From Auanema rhodensis (lineage: Eukaryota > Animalia > Nematoda), in NCBI GenBank assembly GCA_964057225.1, contig OZ059894.1, positions 3,410,001 through 3,474,000 of the forward strand: a stretch of DNA of 64,000 bases. Reading direction: 5' to 3'. The notes under the pieces are model-generated. The model made no database searches and was not told the DNA's origin. It saw only the letters and a list, made by a program, of their open reading frames with translations. Position 1 is the stretch's first letter; the number at the start of each line of letters is the position of its first letter. The position numbers and the translations under genes were made by a program. Below, piece by piece: positions 1 through 14,900 of the stretch.

Positions 1-3000
1 ATCAGTTGATATCTCGGTGCATTTTTAAGCTAGCGCAAATATGGTAACATAGATCGACGCAGCTCAAAAATCTACATCGAATGCACTATACTTCATTAAG
101 AAATGCTCAATACCAAAATTAGTTATGATCGTTTGGAAAATGATGCATTACTGTATGTTGAGTTTCAATGTACACTCAACATTGCTTTCAAAAACATTTT
201 GACAAAAATTTTCCCGAAAAATTTCGAAATAATTTCACGAAAAGTAGATGTTTTTAGATTTCTTTTTTCAAGGCGAAGACGATGGACAATGTTATTCAGC
301 GAAAAAATTAACTCTTCAGGGTGAAAATCGAGGATATAAGTGTGAACCGATATCAGTTGATATCTCGGTGCATTTTTAAGCTAGCGCAAATATGGTAACA
401 TAGATCGACGCAGCTCAAAAATCTACATCGAATGCACTATACTTCATTAAGAAATGCTCAATACCAAAATTAGTTATGATCGTTTGGAAAATGATGCATT
501 ACTGTATGTTGAGTTTCAATGTACACTCAACATTGCTTTCAAAAACATTTTGACAAAAATTTTCCCGAAAAATTTCGAAATAATTTCACGAAAAGTAGAT
601 GTTTTTAGATTCCTTTTTTCAAGGCGAAGACGATGGACAATGTTATTCAGCGAAAAAATTAACTCTTCAGGGTGAAAATCGAGGATATAAGTGTGAACCG
701 ATATCAGTTGATATCTCGGTGCATTTTTAAGCTAGCGCAAATATGGTAACATAGATCGACGCAGCTTAAAAATCCGCATTGCATGCACTATACTACATTG
801 AGAAAAGCTTTATACAAAAATTAGTTATGATCGTTTGAAAAATGATGCATTACTGTATGTTGAGTTTCCATGTACACTCAACATTGCTTCCAAAAACATT
901 TTGACAAAAATTTTCCCGGAAAATTTCAAAATAATTTCACGAAAAGTAGATGTTTTTAGATTTCTTTTTTCGAGGCGAAGATGATGGACAATGTTATTCA
1001 ACGAAAAAATTAGTTCTTCAGGGTGAAAATCGAGGATATAGGTGTGAACTTATATCAGTTGATATCTCGGTGCATTTTTAAGCTAGCGCAAATCTGATAA
1101 CACAGATCGACGCAGCTTAAAAATCCGCATTGAATGCACTATACTACATTGAGAAAAGCTTAATACAAAAATTAGTTATGATCGTTTGAAAAATGATGCA
1201 TTACTGTATGTTGAGTTTCCATGTACACTCAACATTGCTTCCAAAAACATTTTGACAAAAATTTTCCCGAAAAATTTCTAGATAATTTCACAAAAAGTAG
1301 ATGTGTTTAGATTCCTTTTTTCAAGGCGAAGATGATGGACAATGTTATTCAGCGAAAAAATTAACTCTTCAGGGTGAAAATCGAGGATATAAGTGTGAAC
1401 CGATATCAGTTGATATCTCGGTGCATTTTTAAGCTAGCGCAAATATGGTAACATAGATCGACGCAGCTCAAAAATCTACATCGAATGCACTATACTTCAT
1501 TAAGAAATGCTCAATACCAAAATTAGTTATGATCGTTTGGAAAATGATGCATTACTGTATGTTGAGTTTCAATGTACACTCAACATTGCTTTCAAAAACA
1601 TTTTGACAAAAATTTTCCCGAAAAATTTCGAAATAATTTCACGAAAAGTAGATGTTTTTAGATTTCTTTTTTCAAGGCGAAGACGATGGACAATGTTATT
1701 CAGCGAAAAAATTAACTCTTCAGGGTGAAAATCGAGGATATAAGTGTGAACCGATATCAGTTGATATCTCGGTGCATTTTTAAGCTAGCGCAAATATGGT
1801 AACATAGATCGACGCAGCTCAAAAATCTACATCGAATGCACTATACTTCATTAAGAAATGCTCAATACCAAAATTAGTTATGATCGTTTGGAAAATGATG
1901 CATTACTGTATGTTGAGTTTCAATGTACACTCAACATTGCTTTCAAAAACATTTTGACAAAAATTTTCCCGAAAAATTTCGAAATAATTTCACGAAAAGT
2001 AGATGTTTTTAGATTCCTTTTTTCAAGGCGAAGACGATGGACAATGTTATTCAGCGAAAAAATTAACTCTTCAGGGTGAAAATCGAGGATATAAGTGTGA
2101 ACCGATATCAGTTGATATCTCGGTGCATTTTTAAGCTAGCGCAAATATGGTAACATAGATCGACGCAGCTTAAAAATCCGCATTGCATGCACTATACTAC
2201 ATTGAGAAAAGCTTTATACAAAAATTAGTTATGATCGTTTGAAAAATGATGCATTACTGTATGTTGAGTTTCCATGTACACTCAACATTGCTTCCAAAAA
2301 CATTTTGACAAAAATTTTCCCGGAAAATTTCAAAATAATTTCACGAAAAGTAGATGTTTTTAGATTTCTTTTTTCGAGGCGAAGATGATGGACAATGTTA
2401 TTCAACGAAAAAATTAGTTCTTCAGGGTGAAAATCGAGGATATAGGTGTGAACTTATATCAGTTGATATCTCGGTGCATTTTTAAGCTAGCGCAAATCTG
2501 ATAACACAGATCGACGCAGCTTAAAAATCCGCATCGAATGCACTATACTACATTGAGAAACGCTTAATATAAAAATTAGTTATGATCGTTTGAAAAATGA
2601 TGCATTAGTGTATGTTGAGTTTCCATGTACACTCAACATTGCTTCCAAAAACATTTTGACAAAAATTTTTTTCGAAAAATTTCAAATTAGTTTAGCAAAA
2701 AGTAGATGTTTTTAGATTCCTTTTTTCAAGGCAAAAACGATGGACAATGTTATTCAACGAAAAAAGTAAATCTTCAGGGTGAAAATCGAGGATACAAGTG
2801 TGAACATATATCAGTTGATTTCTCGGTGCATTTTTAAGCTAGCGCAAATCTGATAACACAGATCGACGCAGCTTAAAAATCCGCATCGAATGCACTATAC
2901 TACATTGAGAAACGCTTAATATAAAAATTAGTTATGATCGTTTGAAAAATGATGCATTAGTGTATGTTGAGTTTCCATGTACACTCAACATTGCTTCCAA

Positions 3001-3594
3001 AAACATTTTGACAAAAATTTTTTTCGAAAAATTTCAAATTAGTTTAGCAAAAAGTAGATGTTTTTAGATTCCTTTTTTCAAGGCAAAAACGATGGACAAT
3101 GTTATTCAACGAAAAAAGTAAATCTTCAGGGTGAAAATCGAGGATACAAGTGTGAACATATATCAGTTGATTTCTCGGTGCATTTTTAAGCTAGCGCAAA
3201 TATGATAACATAGATCGACGCAGCTTAAAAATCCGCATTGAATGCACTATACTACATTGAGAAAAGCTTAATACAAAAATTAGTTATGATCGTTTGAAAA
3301 ATGATGCATTACTGTATGTTGAGTTTCCATGTACACTCAACATTGCTTCCAAAAACATTTTGACAAAAATTTTCCCGAAAAATTTCTAGATAATTTCACA
3401 AAAAGTAGATGTTTTTAGATTCCTTTTTTCAAGGCGAAGACGACGGACAATGTTATTCAACGTAAAAATTAGTTTTTTAGGGTGAAAATCGAGGATATAG
3501 GTGTGAACTTATATCAGTTGATATCTTGTTGCATTTTTAAGCTACCGCAAATCTGATAACACAGATCGACGCAGCTTAAAAATCCGCATCGAAT
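1..3594. repeat. 351/352-bp tandem satellite (Sat351), about 10 monomers, with a 1404-bp 4-mer higher-order repeat at the start
   Basis: Identical ORFs recur at 103, 454, 1507 and 1858 (periods 351 and 1404); monomers differ only by scattered SNPs and a 1-bp T indel. Confidence 0.97.
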
Positions 3595-3798
3595 AAGGAA
3601 AACCTTGACAAGGAAAACCTTGAGAACTCCACGAGTCTTTTCATAGATGAGTCGAGAGATACGCTTTACTCCACCACGACGAGCAAGACGACGGATAGCA
3701 GGCTTGTTTATACCTTGGATGTTATCACGGAGAACCTTACGATGGCGTTTGGCTTCTCCCTTTCCAAGACCTTTTCCTCCTTTAACACGTCCAGACAT
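3514..3798 (-). pseudogene. H4: Truncated histone H4 (codons 1-62; histone-derived part 3595-3798) fused in frame to Sat351
   Basis: Matches H4 N-terminus to KVFL with G4V, G14E, T30N, G48R and E53K, then a 15-bp duplication (VKVFL) and a satellite-derived tail; no stem-loop. Confidence 0.93.
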
Positions 3799-4234
3799 GC
3801 TGATCGAGCTGTGTGTTGAATAGTAACCCTAGCATTTACCTTATATACTAGTGCTGTAGAGGTCACCGCGCAAAAACCCATTGTAATCGCCACCAAGCAT
3901 ATTGGCGCTTAATTTTGCTGCTCAATTCTAAAAATGTATTTTCAAATTTCATATAAACGATAAGAATAACATAAACAACTGTTTATTTGCGAACAAACGT
4001 AGAATAGAAGCATGTGAGGCATTAGATATGATAACTGTTGTTGTTATCAACATGAAAGCATAATTAATGAAATTCATAAAAAAAAATGAAGATGGATATG
4101 GAATATCAAAGACAGGGATTCTCCTTTACATAACAACAAAACATATCATATCAATTAACATTACATAGCAAAAAAAGACAAGACAGACACAGTATTATAT
4201 TATAAATCATTATGAATACATCAAATTTAAGTGT

Positions 4235-4250
4235 GGCCCTGAAGAGGGCC
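4235..4250 (-). terminator. Histone mRNA 3' stem-loop of H3
   Basis: Minus strand reads CCCAAC-GGCCCT-CTTC-AGGGCC-ACAC, 26 nt after the H3 stop. Confidence 0.95.
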
Positions 4251-4276
4251 GTTGGGTTATGTAACGTTTCAAGTGC

Positions 4277-6989
<2,713 letters not shown>

Positions 6990-7234
6990 AAGGAAAACCT
7001 TGACAAGGAAAACCTTGAGAACTCCACGAGTATTTTCATAGATGAGTCGAGAGATACGCTTTACTCCACCACGACGAGCAAGACGACGGATAGCAGGCTT
7101 GTTTATACCTTGGATGTTATCACGGAGAACCTTACGATGGCGTTTGGCTTCTCCCTTTCCAAGACCTTTTCCTCCTTTAACACGTCCAGACATGCTGATC
7201 GAGCTGTGTGTTGAATAGTAACCCTAGCATTTAC

Positions 7235-7269
7235 CTTATATACTAGTGCTGTAGAGGTCACCGCGCAAA
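7235..7269 (-). promoter_or_regulatory. Putative H4 promoter (TTTGCGCG motif plus TATATAAG), present in all nine cassettes
   Basis: Minus strand has TATATAAG ending about 41 nt upstream of the H4 ATG, and TTTGCGCG 19 nt further upstream. Confidence 0.65.
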
Positions 7270-7629
7270 AACCCATTGTAATCGCCACCAAGCATATTGG
7301 CGCTTAATTTTGCTGCTCAATTCTAAAAATGTATTTTTAAATTTCATATAAACGATAAGAATAACATAAACAACTGTTTATTTGCGAACAAACGTAGAAT
7401 AGAAGCATGTGAGGCATTAGATATGATAACTGTTGTTGTTATCAACATGAAAGCATAATTAATGAAATTCATAAAAAAAAATGAAGATGGATATGGAATA
7501 TCAAAGACAGGGATTCTCCTTTACATAACAACAAAACATATCATATCAATTAACATTACATAGCAAAAAAAGACAAGACAGACACAGTATTATATTATAA
7601 ATCATTATGAATACATCAAATTTAAGTGT

Positions 7630-7645
7630 GGCCCTGAAGAGGGCC
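7630..7645 (-). terminator. Histone mRNA 3' stem-loop of H3
   Basis: GGCCCT-CTTC-AGGGCC downstream of the H3 stop. Confidence 0.95.
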
Positions 7646-7671
7646 GTTGGGTTATGTAACGTTTCAAGTGC

Positions 7672-8175
<504 letters not shown>

Positions 8176-8558
8176 TCACTATTTTGGTATTTTGACTATA
8201 AATATATTAAATCGGATCATAGCTACATAAATAAAGTGTTACAGTAATAAGGACAAAAACTTAGTAACTGTGCGTTGATTGGAATGTAATAGTAAATTGT
8301 ATTAAAACATTCACTGTTCCATTTAAAAAATAATTGTCTTCACGTATTATATAGTAAAATTTTTAATTAGAATACACTTGACCAATTATGGATATTTCAA
8401 CATCATTATAGCAAACATCTTAAAATTAACTAAATGCACCACTTGACAAGAGTTACTCATCTCATAAGAATTACATCAATATTAAGAAGCTCAAAAAAAC
8501 TAACTATAACAACAACCGATCAACTGCCATCTGTTTCAAAAATGAAATATCAATCAAA

Positions 8559-8921
8559 ATTATTGAACACGCCAGTTTGTTATTATATTTATTTTTATAT
8601 TATTTTATATTATATTTGTTTATAAATATTAGGTCCTGCATGGAAATTCCTTTTGTTCACTAAAAAACACGGTACGCAATTCGGGCAACACATTGTCTGG
8701 AATAATGTTGAAGCTCCAGTTAATTTATGCAATTAAGTTATTTTGTTAAAAGTTAGCTTTACTTTCGTAATTCATTATTGAACACGCCAGTTTGTTATTA
8801 TATTTATTTTTATATTATTTTATATTATATTTGTTTATAAGTATTAGGTCCTGCATGGAAATTCCTTTTGTTCACTAAAAAACACGGTACGCAATTCGGG
8901 CAACACTTTTTTTTTTTTTTT
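8559..8921. repeat. 133-bp direct duplication (8559-8691 and 8774-8906) followed by T15
   Basis: Two copies 215 bp apart with one visible mismatch. Confidence 0.9.
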
Positions 8922-9131
8922 ACTTTTTTATTTGGATGTGACATTACTTCCTTTTTTTTATTTGTGATTTTTCGATCATCTATATTTTAGTTATTATTAT
9001 TTAAATATACACAATGTATATTTAAAACACTTTTGTAGCATCTTGTTATTATGATCATGCTCAAATGAGTTGTTGCAGGTTGACCTCCCTGGTCCTAGTA
9101 TATAATGAAGAAAATTCTTCACTTCATCTCC

Positions 9132-11915
9132 TGGTTTGCGCGCTAACTAACATACAGGTCAGCAAAGGGAGTGGCACAATAACAGTTCATTCGTCAGCGT
9201 AAGAATAACCATGCCACCCAAGACATCCGCCAAGGGAGCTGAAGAAACGGAGAGAAGAAGAAGAGAAATTCCTGAAAGTAAGTTTTTAAGTTTTTAATGT
9301 TTAAATAATTCAAATAATTTCGAGTTGAATCAAATGTGTTTATCTATATTTTAGTTATTATTATTTAAATAAACACAATTCTTATAGTAAAGCTTCTAAC
9401 CAGAGTTGGGAGAATGGGGGCGTGGTTTGCGCGCTAACTAACATATAGGTCAGCAAAGGAAGTTGTACAATAACAGTTGATTCGTCAGCGTAGGAATAAC
9501 CATGCCACCCAAGCCATCCGCCAAGGGAGCTGAAGAGAAAGGAGAGAAGAAGAAGAGAAATTCCTGAAAGTAAGTTTTTAAGTTTTTAATGTTTAAATAA
9601 TTCAAATAATTTCAAGTTGAATCAAATGTCTGTATCTATATTTTAGTTATTATTATTTAAATATACACAATTCTTATAGTAAAGCTTCTAACCAGAGTTG
9701 GGAGAATGGAAGCGTGGTTTGCGTGCTAACTAACATATAGGTCAGCAAAGGGAGTTGTACAATAACAGTTGATACGTCAGCGTAGGAATAACCATGCCAC
9801 CCAAGCCATCCGCCAAGGGAGCTGAAGAAGAGAAATTCCAGAAAGTAAGTTTATATCAATAGTTTTCATGTAAAACAGCCTTTTATGAGGAAATTTAAAG
9901 TTTTTAATTTTTAAATAATTCAAATAATTTCAAGTTGAATCAAATGTCTTTATGTATATTTTAGTATATTATTATTCAAGTATACACAATTCTTATAGTA
10001 AAGCTTCTAACCAGAGTTGGGAGAATGGGGGCGTGGTTTGCGCGCTAACTAACGTATAGGTCAGCAAAGGGAGTTGTACAATAACAGTTGATTCGTCAGC
10101 GTAGGAATAACCATGCCACCCAAGCCATCCGCCAAGGGAGCTGAAGAGAAAGGAGAGAAGAAGAAGAGAAATTCCTGAAAGTGAGTTTTCAAGTTTTTAA
10201 TGTTTAAATAATTCAAATAATTTCAAGTTGAATCAAATGTCTTTATCTATATTTTAGTTATTATTATTCAAATATACACAATTCTTATAGTAAAGCTTCT
10301 AACCAGAGTTGGGAGAATGGGGGCGTGGTTTGCGCGCTAACTATCATATAGGTCAGCAAAGGGAGTTGTACAATAACAGTTGATTCGTCAGCGTAGGAAT
10401 AACCATGCCACCCAAGCCATCCGCCAAGGGAGCTGAAGAAGAGAAATTCCAGAAAGTAAGTTTATATCAATAGTTTTCATGTAAAACAGCCTTTTATGAG
10501 GAAATTTAAAGTTTTTAATGTTTAAATAATTCAAATAATTTCAAGTTGAATCAAATGTCTTTATCTATATTTTAGTATATTATTATTTAAATATACACAA
10601 TTCTTATAGTAAAGCTTCTAACCAGAGTTGGGAGAATGGGGGCGTGGTTTTCGCACTAACTAACATATAGGTCAGCAAAGGGAGTTGTACAATAACAGTT
10701 GATTCGTCAGCGTAGGAATAACCATGCCACCCAAGCCATCCGCCAAGGGAGCTGAAGAGAAAGGAGAGAAGAAGAAGAGAAATTCCTGAAAGTAAGTTTT
10801 TAAGTTTTTAATGTTTAAATAATTCAAATAATTTCAAGTTGAATCAAATGTCTGTATCTATATTTTAGTTATTATTATTTAAATATACACAATTCTTATA
10901 GTAAAGCTTCTAACCAGAGTTGGGAGAATGGAAGCGTGGTTTGCGTGCTAACTAACATATAGGTCAGCAAAGGGAGTTGTACAATAACAGTTGATACGTC
11001 AGCGTAGGAATAACCATGCCACCCAAGCCATCCGCCAAGGGAGCTGAAGAAGAGAAATTCCAGAAAGTAAGTTTATATCAATAGTTTTCATGTAAAACAG
11101 CCTTTTATGAGGAAATTTAAAGTTTTTAATTTTTAAATAATTCAAATAATTTCAAGTTGAATCAAATGTCTTTATGTATATTTTAGTATATTATTATTCA
11201 AGTATACACAATTCTTATAGTAAAGCTTCTAACCAGAGTTGGGAGAATGGGGGCGTGGTTTGCGCGCTAACTAACGTATAGGTCAGCAAAGGGAGTTGTA
11301 CAATAACAGTTGATTCGTCAGCGTAGGAATAACCATGCCACCCAAGCCATCCGCCAAGGGAGCTGAAGAGAAAGGAGAGAAGAAGAAGAGAAATTCCTGA
11401 AAGTGAGTTTTCAAGTTTTTAATGTTTAAATAATTCAAATAATTTCAAGTTGAATCAAATGTCTTTATCTATATTTTAGTTATTATTATTCAAATATACA
11501 CAATTCTTATAGTAAAGCTTCTAACCAGAGTTGGGAGAATGGGGGCGTGGTTTGCGCGCTAACTATCATATAGGTCAGCAAAGGGAGTTGTACAATAACA
11601 GTTGATTCGTCAGCGTAGGAATAACCATGCCACCCAAGCCATCCGCCAAGGGAGCTGAAGAAAAGGAGAGAAGAAGAAGAGAAATTCCTGAAAGTAAGTT
11701 TTTAAGTTTTTAATGTTTAAATAATTCAAATAATTTCAAGTTGATTCAAATGTCTTTATCTATATCTTAGTTATTATTATTTAAATATACATAATTTTTG
11801 TAGTAAAGCTTCTAACCAGAGTTGGGAGAATGGGTAAGGATAAGCTTCTAACCAGAGTTGGGAGAATGGGTAAGGATAAGCTTCTAACCAGAGTTGGGAG
11901 AATGGGGGAGTGGTT
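9132..11915 (+). repeat. H2B-5'-derived satellite, 9 monomers of about 292/319 bp
   Basis: ATGCCACCCAAG(C/A)CATCCGCCAAGGGAGCT (MPPKP/TSAKGA) at 9211, 9502, 9794, 10113, 10405, 10724, 11016, 11335 and 11627. Confidence 0.92.
11806..11906. repeat. 36-bp mini tandem repeat (about 2.8 copies) at the right end of the cassette
   Basis: AAGCTTCTAACCAGAGTTGGGAGAATGGG(TAAGGAT) at 11806, 11842 and 11878. Confidence 0.92.
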
Positions 11916-14900
11916 TCGAATGCACTATACCACATTAAGAAACGCTCAATACAAGACTTAGTTATGATCGTTTGAAAAATGATGCATTACTGTATGTTGA
12001 GTTTCAATGTACACTCAACATTGCTTCCAAAAACATTTTGACAAAAATTTTCCCGGAAAATTTCAAAATAATTTCACGAAAAGTAGATGTTTTTAGATTT
12101 CTTTTCTCGAGGCGAAGATGATGGACAATGTTATTCAGCGAAAAAATAAACTCTTCAGGGTGAAAATCGAGGATATAAGTGTGAACCTATATCAGTTGAT
12201 ATCTCGGTGCATTCTTAAGCTAGCGCAAATCTGATAACACAGATCGACGCAGCTCAAACATCCACATCGAAAGCACTATACTTCATTAAGAAATGCTCAA
12301 TACAAAAATTAGTTATGATCGTTTGGAAAATGATGCATTACTGTATATTGAGTTTCAATGTACACTCAACATTGCTTTCAAAAACATTTTGACAAAAATT
12401 TTCCCGAAAAATTTCTAAATAATTTCACGAAAAGTAGATGTTTTTAGATTCCTTTTTTCAAGGCAAAGACGATGGACAATGTTATTCAACGAAAAAATTA
12501 ATTCTTCAGGGTGAAAATCGAGGATATAAGTGTGAACTTATATCAGTTGATATCTCGGTGCATTTTTAAGCTAGCGCAAATCTGATAACACAGATCGACG
12601 CAGCTTGAAAATCCGCATCGAATGCACTATACTACATTGAAAAACGCTTAATACAAAAATTAGTTATGATCGTTTGAAAAATGATGCATTACTGTATGTT
12701 GAGTTTCAATGTACACTCAACATTGCTTCCAAAAACATTTTGACAAAAATTTTCCCGGAAAATTTCAAAATAATTTCACGAAAAGTAGATGTTTTTAGAT
12801 TTCTTTTCTCGAGGCGAAGATGATGGACAATGTTATTCAGCGAAAAAATAAACTCTTCAGGGTGAAAATCGAGGATATAAGTGTGAACCTATATCAGTTG
12901 ATATCTCGGTGCATTCTTAAGCTAGCGCAAATCTGATAACACAGATCGACGCAGCTCAAACATCCACATCGAAAGCACTATACTTCATTAAGAAATGCTC
13001 AATACAAAAATTAGTTATGATCGTTTGGAAAATGATGCATTACTGTATATTGAGTTTCAATGTACACTCAACATTGCTTTCAAAAACATTTTGACAAAAA
13101 TTTTCCCGAAAAATTTCTAAATAATTTCACGAAAAGTAGATGTTTTTAGATTCCTTTTTTCAAGGCAAAGACGATGGACAATGTTATTCAACGAAAAAAT
13201 TAATTCTTCAGGGTGAAAATCGAGGATATAAGTGTGAACTTATATCAGTTGATATCTCGGTGCATTTTTAAGCTAGCGCAAATCTGATAACACAGATCGA
13301 CGCAGCTTGAAAATCCGCATCGAATGCACTATACTACATTGAAAAACGCTTAATACAAAAATTAGTTATGATCGTTTGAAAAATGATGCATTACTGTATG
13401 TTGAGTTTCAATGTACACTCAACATTGCTTCCAAAAACATTTTGACAAAAATTTTCCCGGAAAATTTCAAAATAATTTCACGAAAAGTAGATGTTTTTAG
13501 ATTTCTTTTCTCGAGGCGAAGATGATGGACAATGTTATTCAGCGAAAAAATAAACTCTTCAGGGTGAAAATCGAGGATATAAGTGTGAACCTATATCAGT
13601 TGATATCTCGGTGCATTCTTAAGCTAGCGCAAATCTGATAACACAGATCGACGCAGCTCAAACATCCACATCGAAAGCACTATACTTCATTAAGAAATGC
13701 TCAATACAAAAATTAGTTATGATCGTTTGGAAAATGATGCATTACTGTATATTGAGTTTCAATGTACACTCAACATTGCTTTCAAAAACATTTTGACAAA
13801 AATTTTCCCGAAAAATTTCTAAATAATTTCACGAAAAGTAGATGTTTTTAGATTCCTTTTTTCAAGGCAAAGACGATGGACAATGTTATTCAACGAAAAA
13901 ATTAATTCTTCAGGGTGAAAATCGAGGATATAAGTGTGAACTTATATCAGTTGATATCTCGGTGCATTTTTAAGCTAGCGCAAATCTGATAACACAGATC
14001 GACGCAGCTTGAAAATCCGCATCGAATGCACTATACTACATTGAAAAACGCTTAATACAAAAATTAGTTATGATCGTTTGAAAAATGATGCATTAGTGTA
14101 TGTTGAGTTTCCATGTACACTCAACATTGCTTCCAAAAACATTTTGACAAAAATTTTTTCGAAAAATTTCGAAATAATTTAGCAAAAAGTAGATGTTTTT
14201 AGATTCCTTTTTTCAAGGCAAAGACGATGGACAATGTTATTCAACGAAAAAATTAATTCTTCAGGGTGAAAATCGAGGATATAAGTGTGAACCGATATCA
14301 GTTGATATCTCGGTGCATTCTAAAGCTAGCGCAATTTTGATAACACAGATCGACGCAGCTCAAAAATCCGCATTGAATGCACTATACTACATTGAGAAAC
14401 GCTTAATACAAAAATTAGTTATGATCGTTTGAAAAATGATGCATTACTGTATGTTGAGTTTCAATGTACACTCAACATTGCTTTCAAAAACATTTTGACA
14501 AAAATTTTCCCGAAAAATTTCGAAATAATTTCACGAAAAGTAGATGTTTTTAGATTCCTTTTTTCAAGGCGAAGACGATGGACAATGTTATTCAGCGAAA
14601 AAATTAACTCTTCAGGGTGAAAATCGAGGATATAAGTGTGAACCGATATCAGTTGATATCTCGGTGCATTTTTAAGCTAGCGCAAATATGGTAACATAGA
14701 TCGACGCAGCTTAAAAATCCGCATCGAATGCACTATACTACATTGAGAAAAGCTTTATACAAAAATTAGTTATGATCGTTTGAAAAATGATGCATTACTG
14801 TATGTTGAGTTTCCATGTACACTCAACATTGCTTCCAAAAACATTTTGACAAAAATTTTCCCGGAAAATTTCAAAATAATTTCACGAAAAGTAGATGTTT

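Noticed and set aside
312-321. CTCTTCAGGG in the satellite matches 10 nt of the histone stem-loop
   Set aside because: The stem arms are missing, many monomers vary here, and it lies on the opposite strand; probably chance.
103-324. Repeated 63-94 aa plus-strand ORFs (MLNTKISY..., MKNDALLY..., MFLDSFF...)
   Set aside because: They are translations of the satellite monomer; sister monomers have stops and frameshifts in the same frame, and several start at TTG.
3824-3832. TAACCCTAG, a telomere-like hexamer upstream of H4
   Set aside because: Single unit per cassette with no tandem telomeric array.
11806-11906. 36-bp repeat resembling a CRISPR repeat length
   Set aside because: Head-to-tail copies with no unique spacers, no cas genes, and a eukaryotic context.
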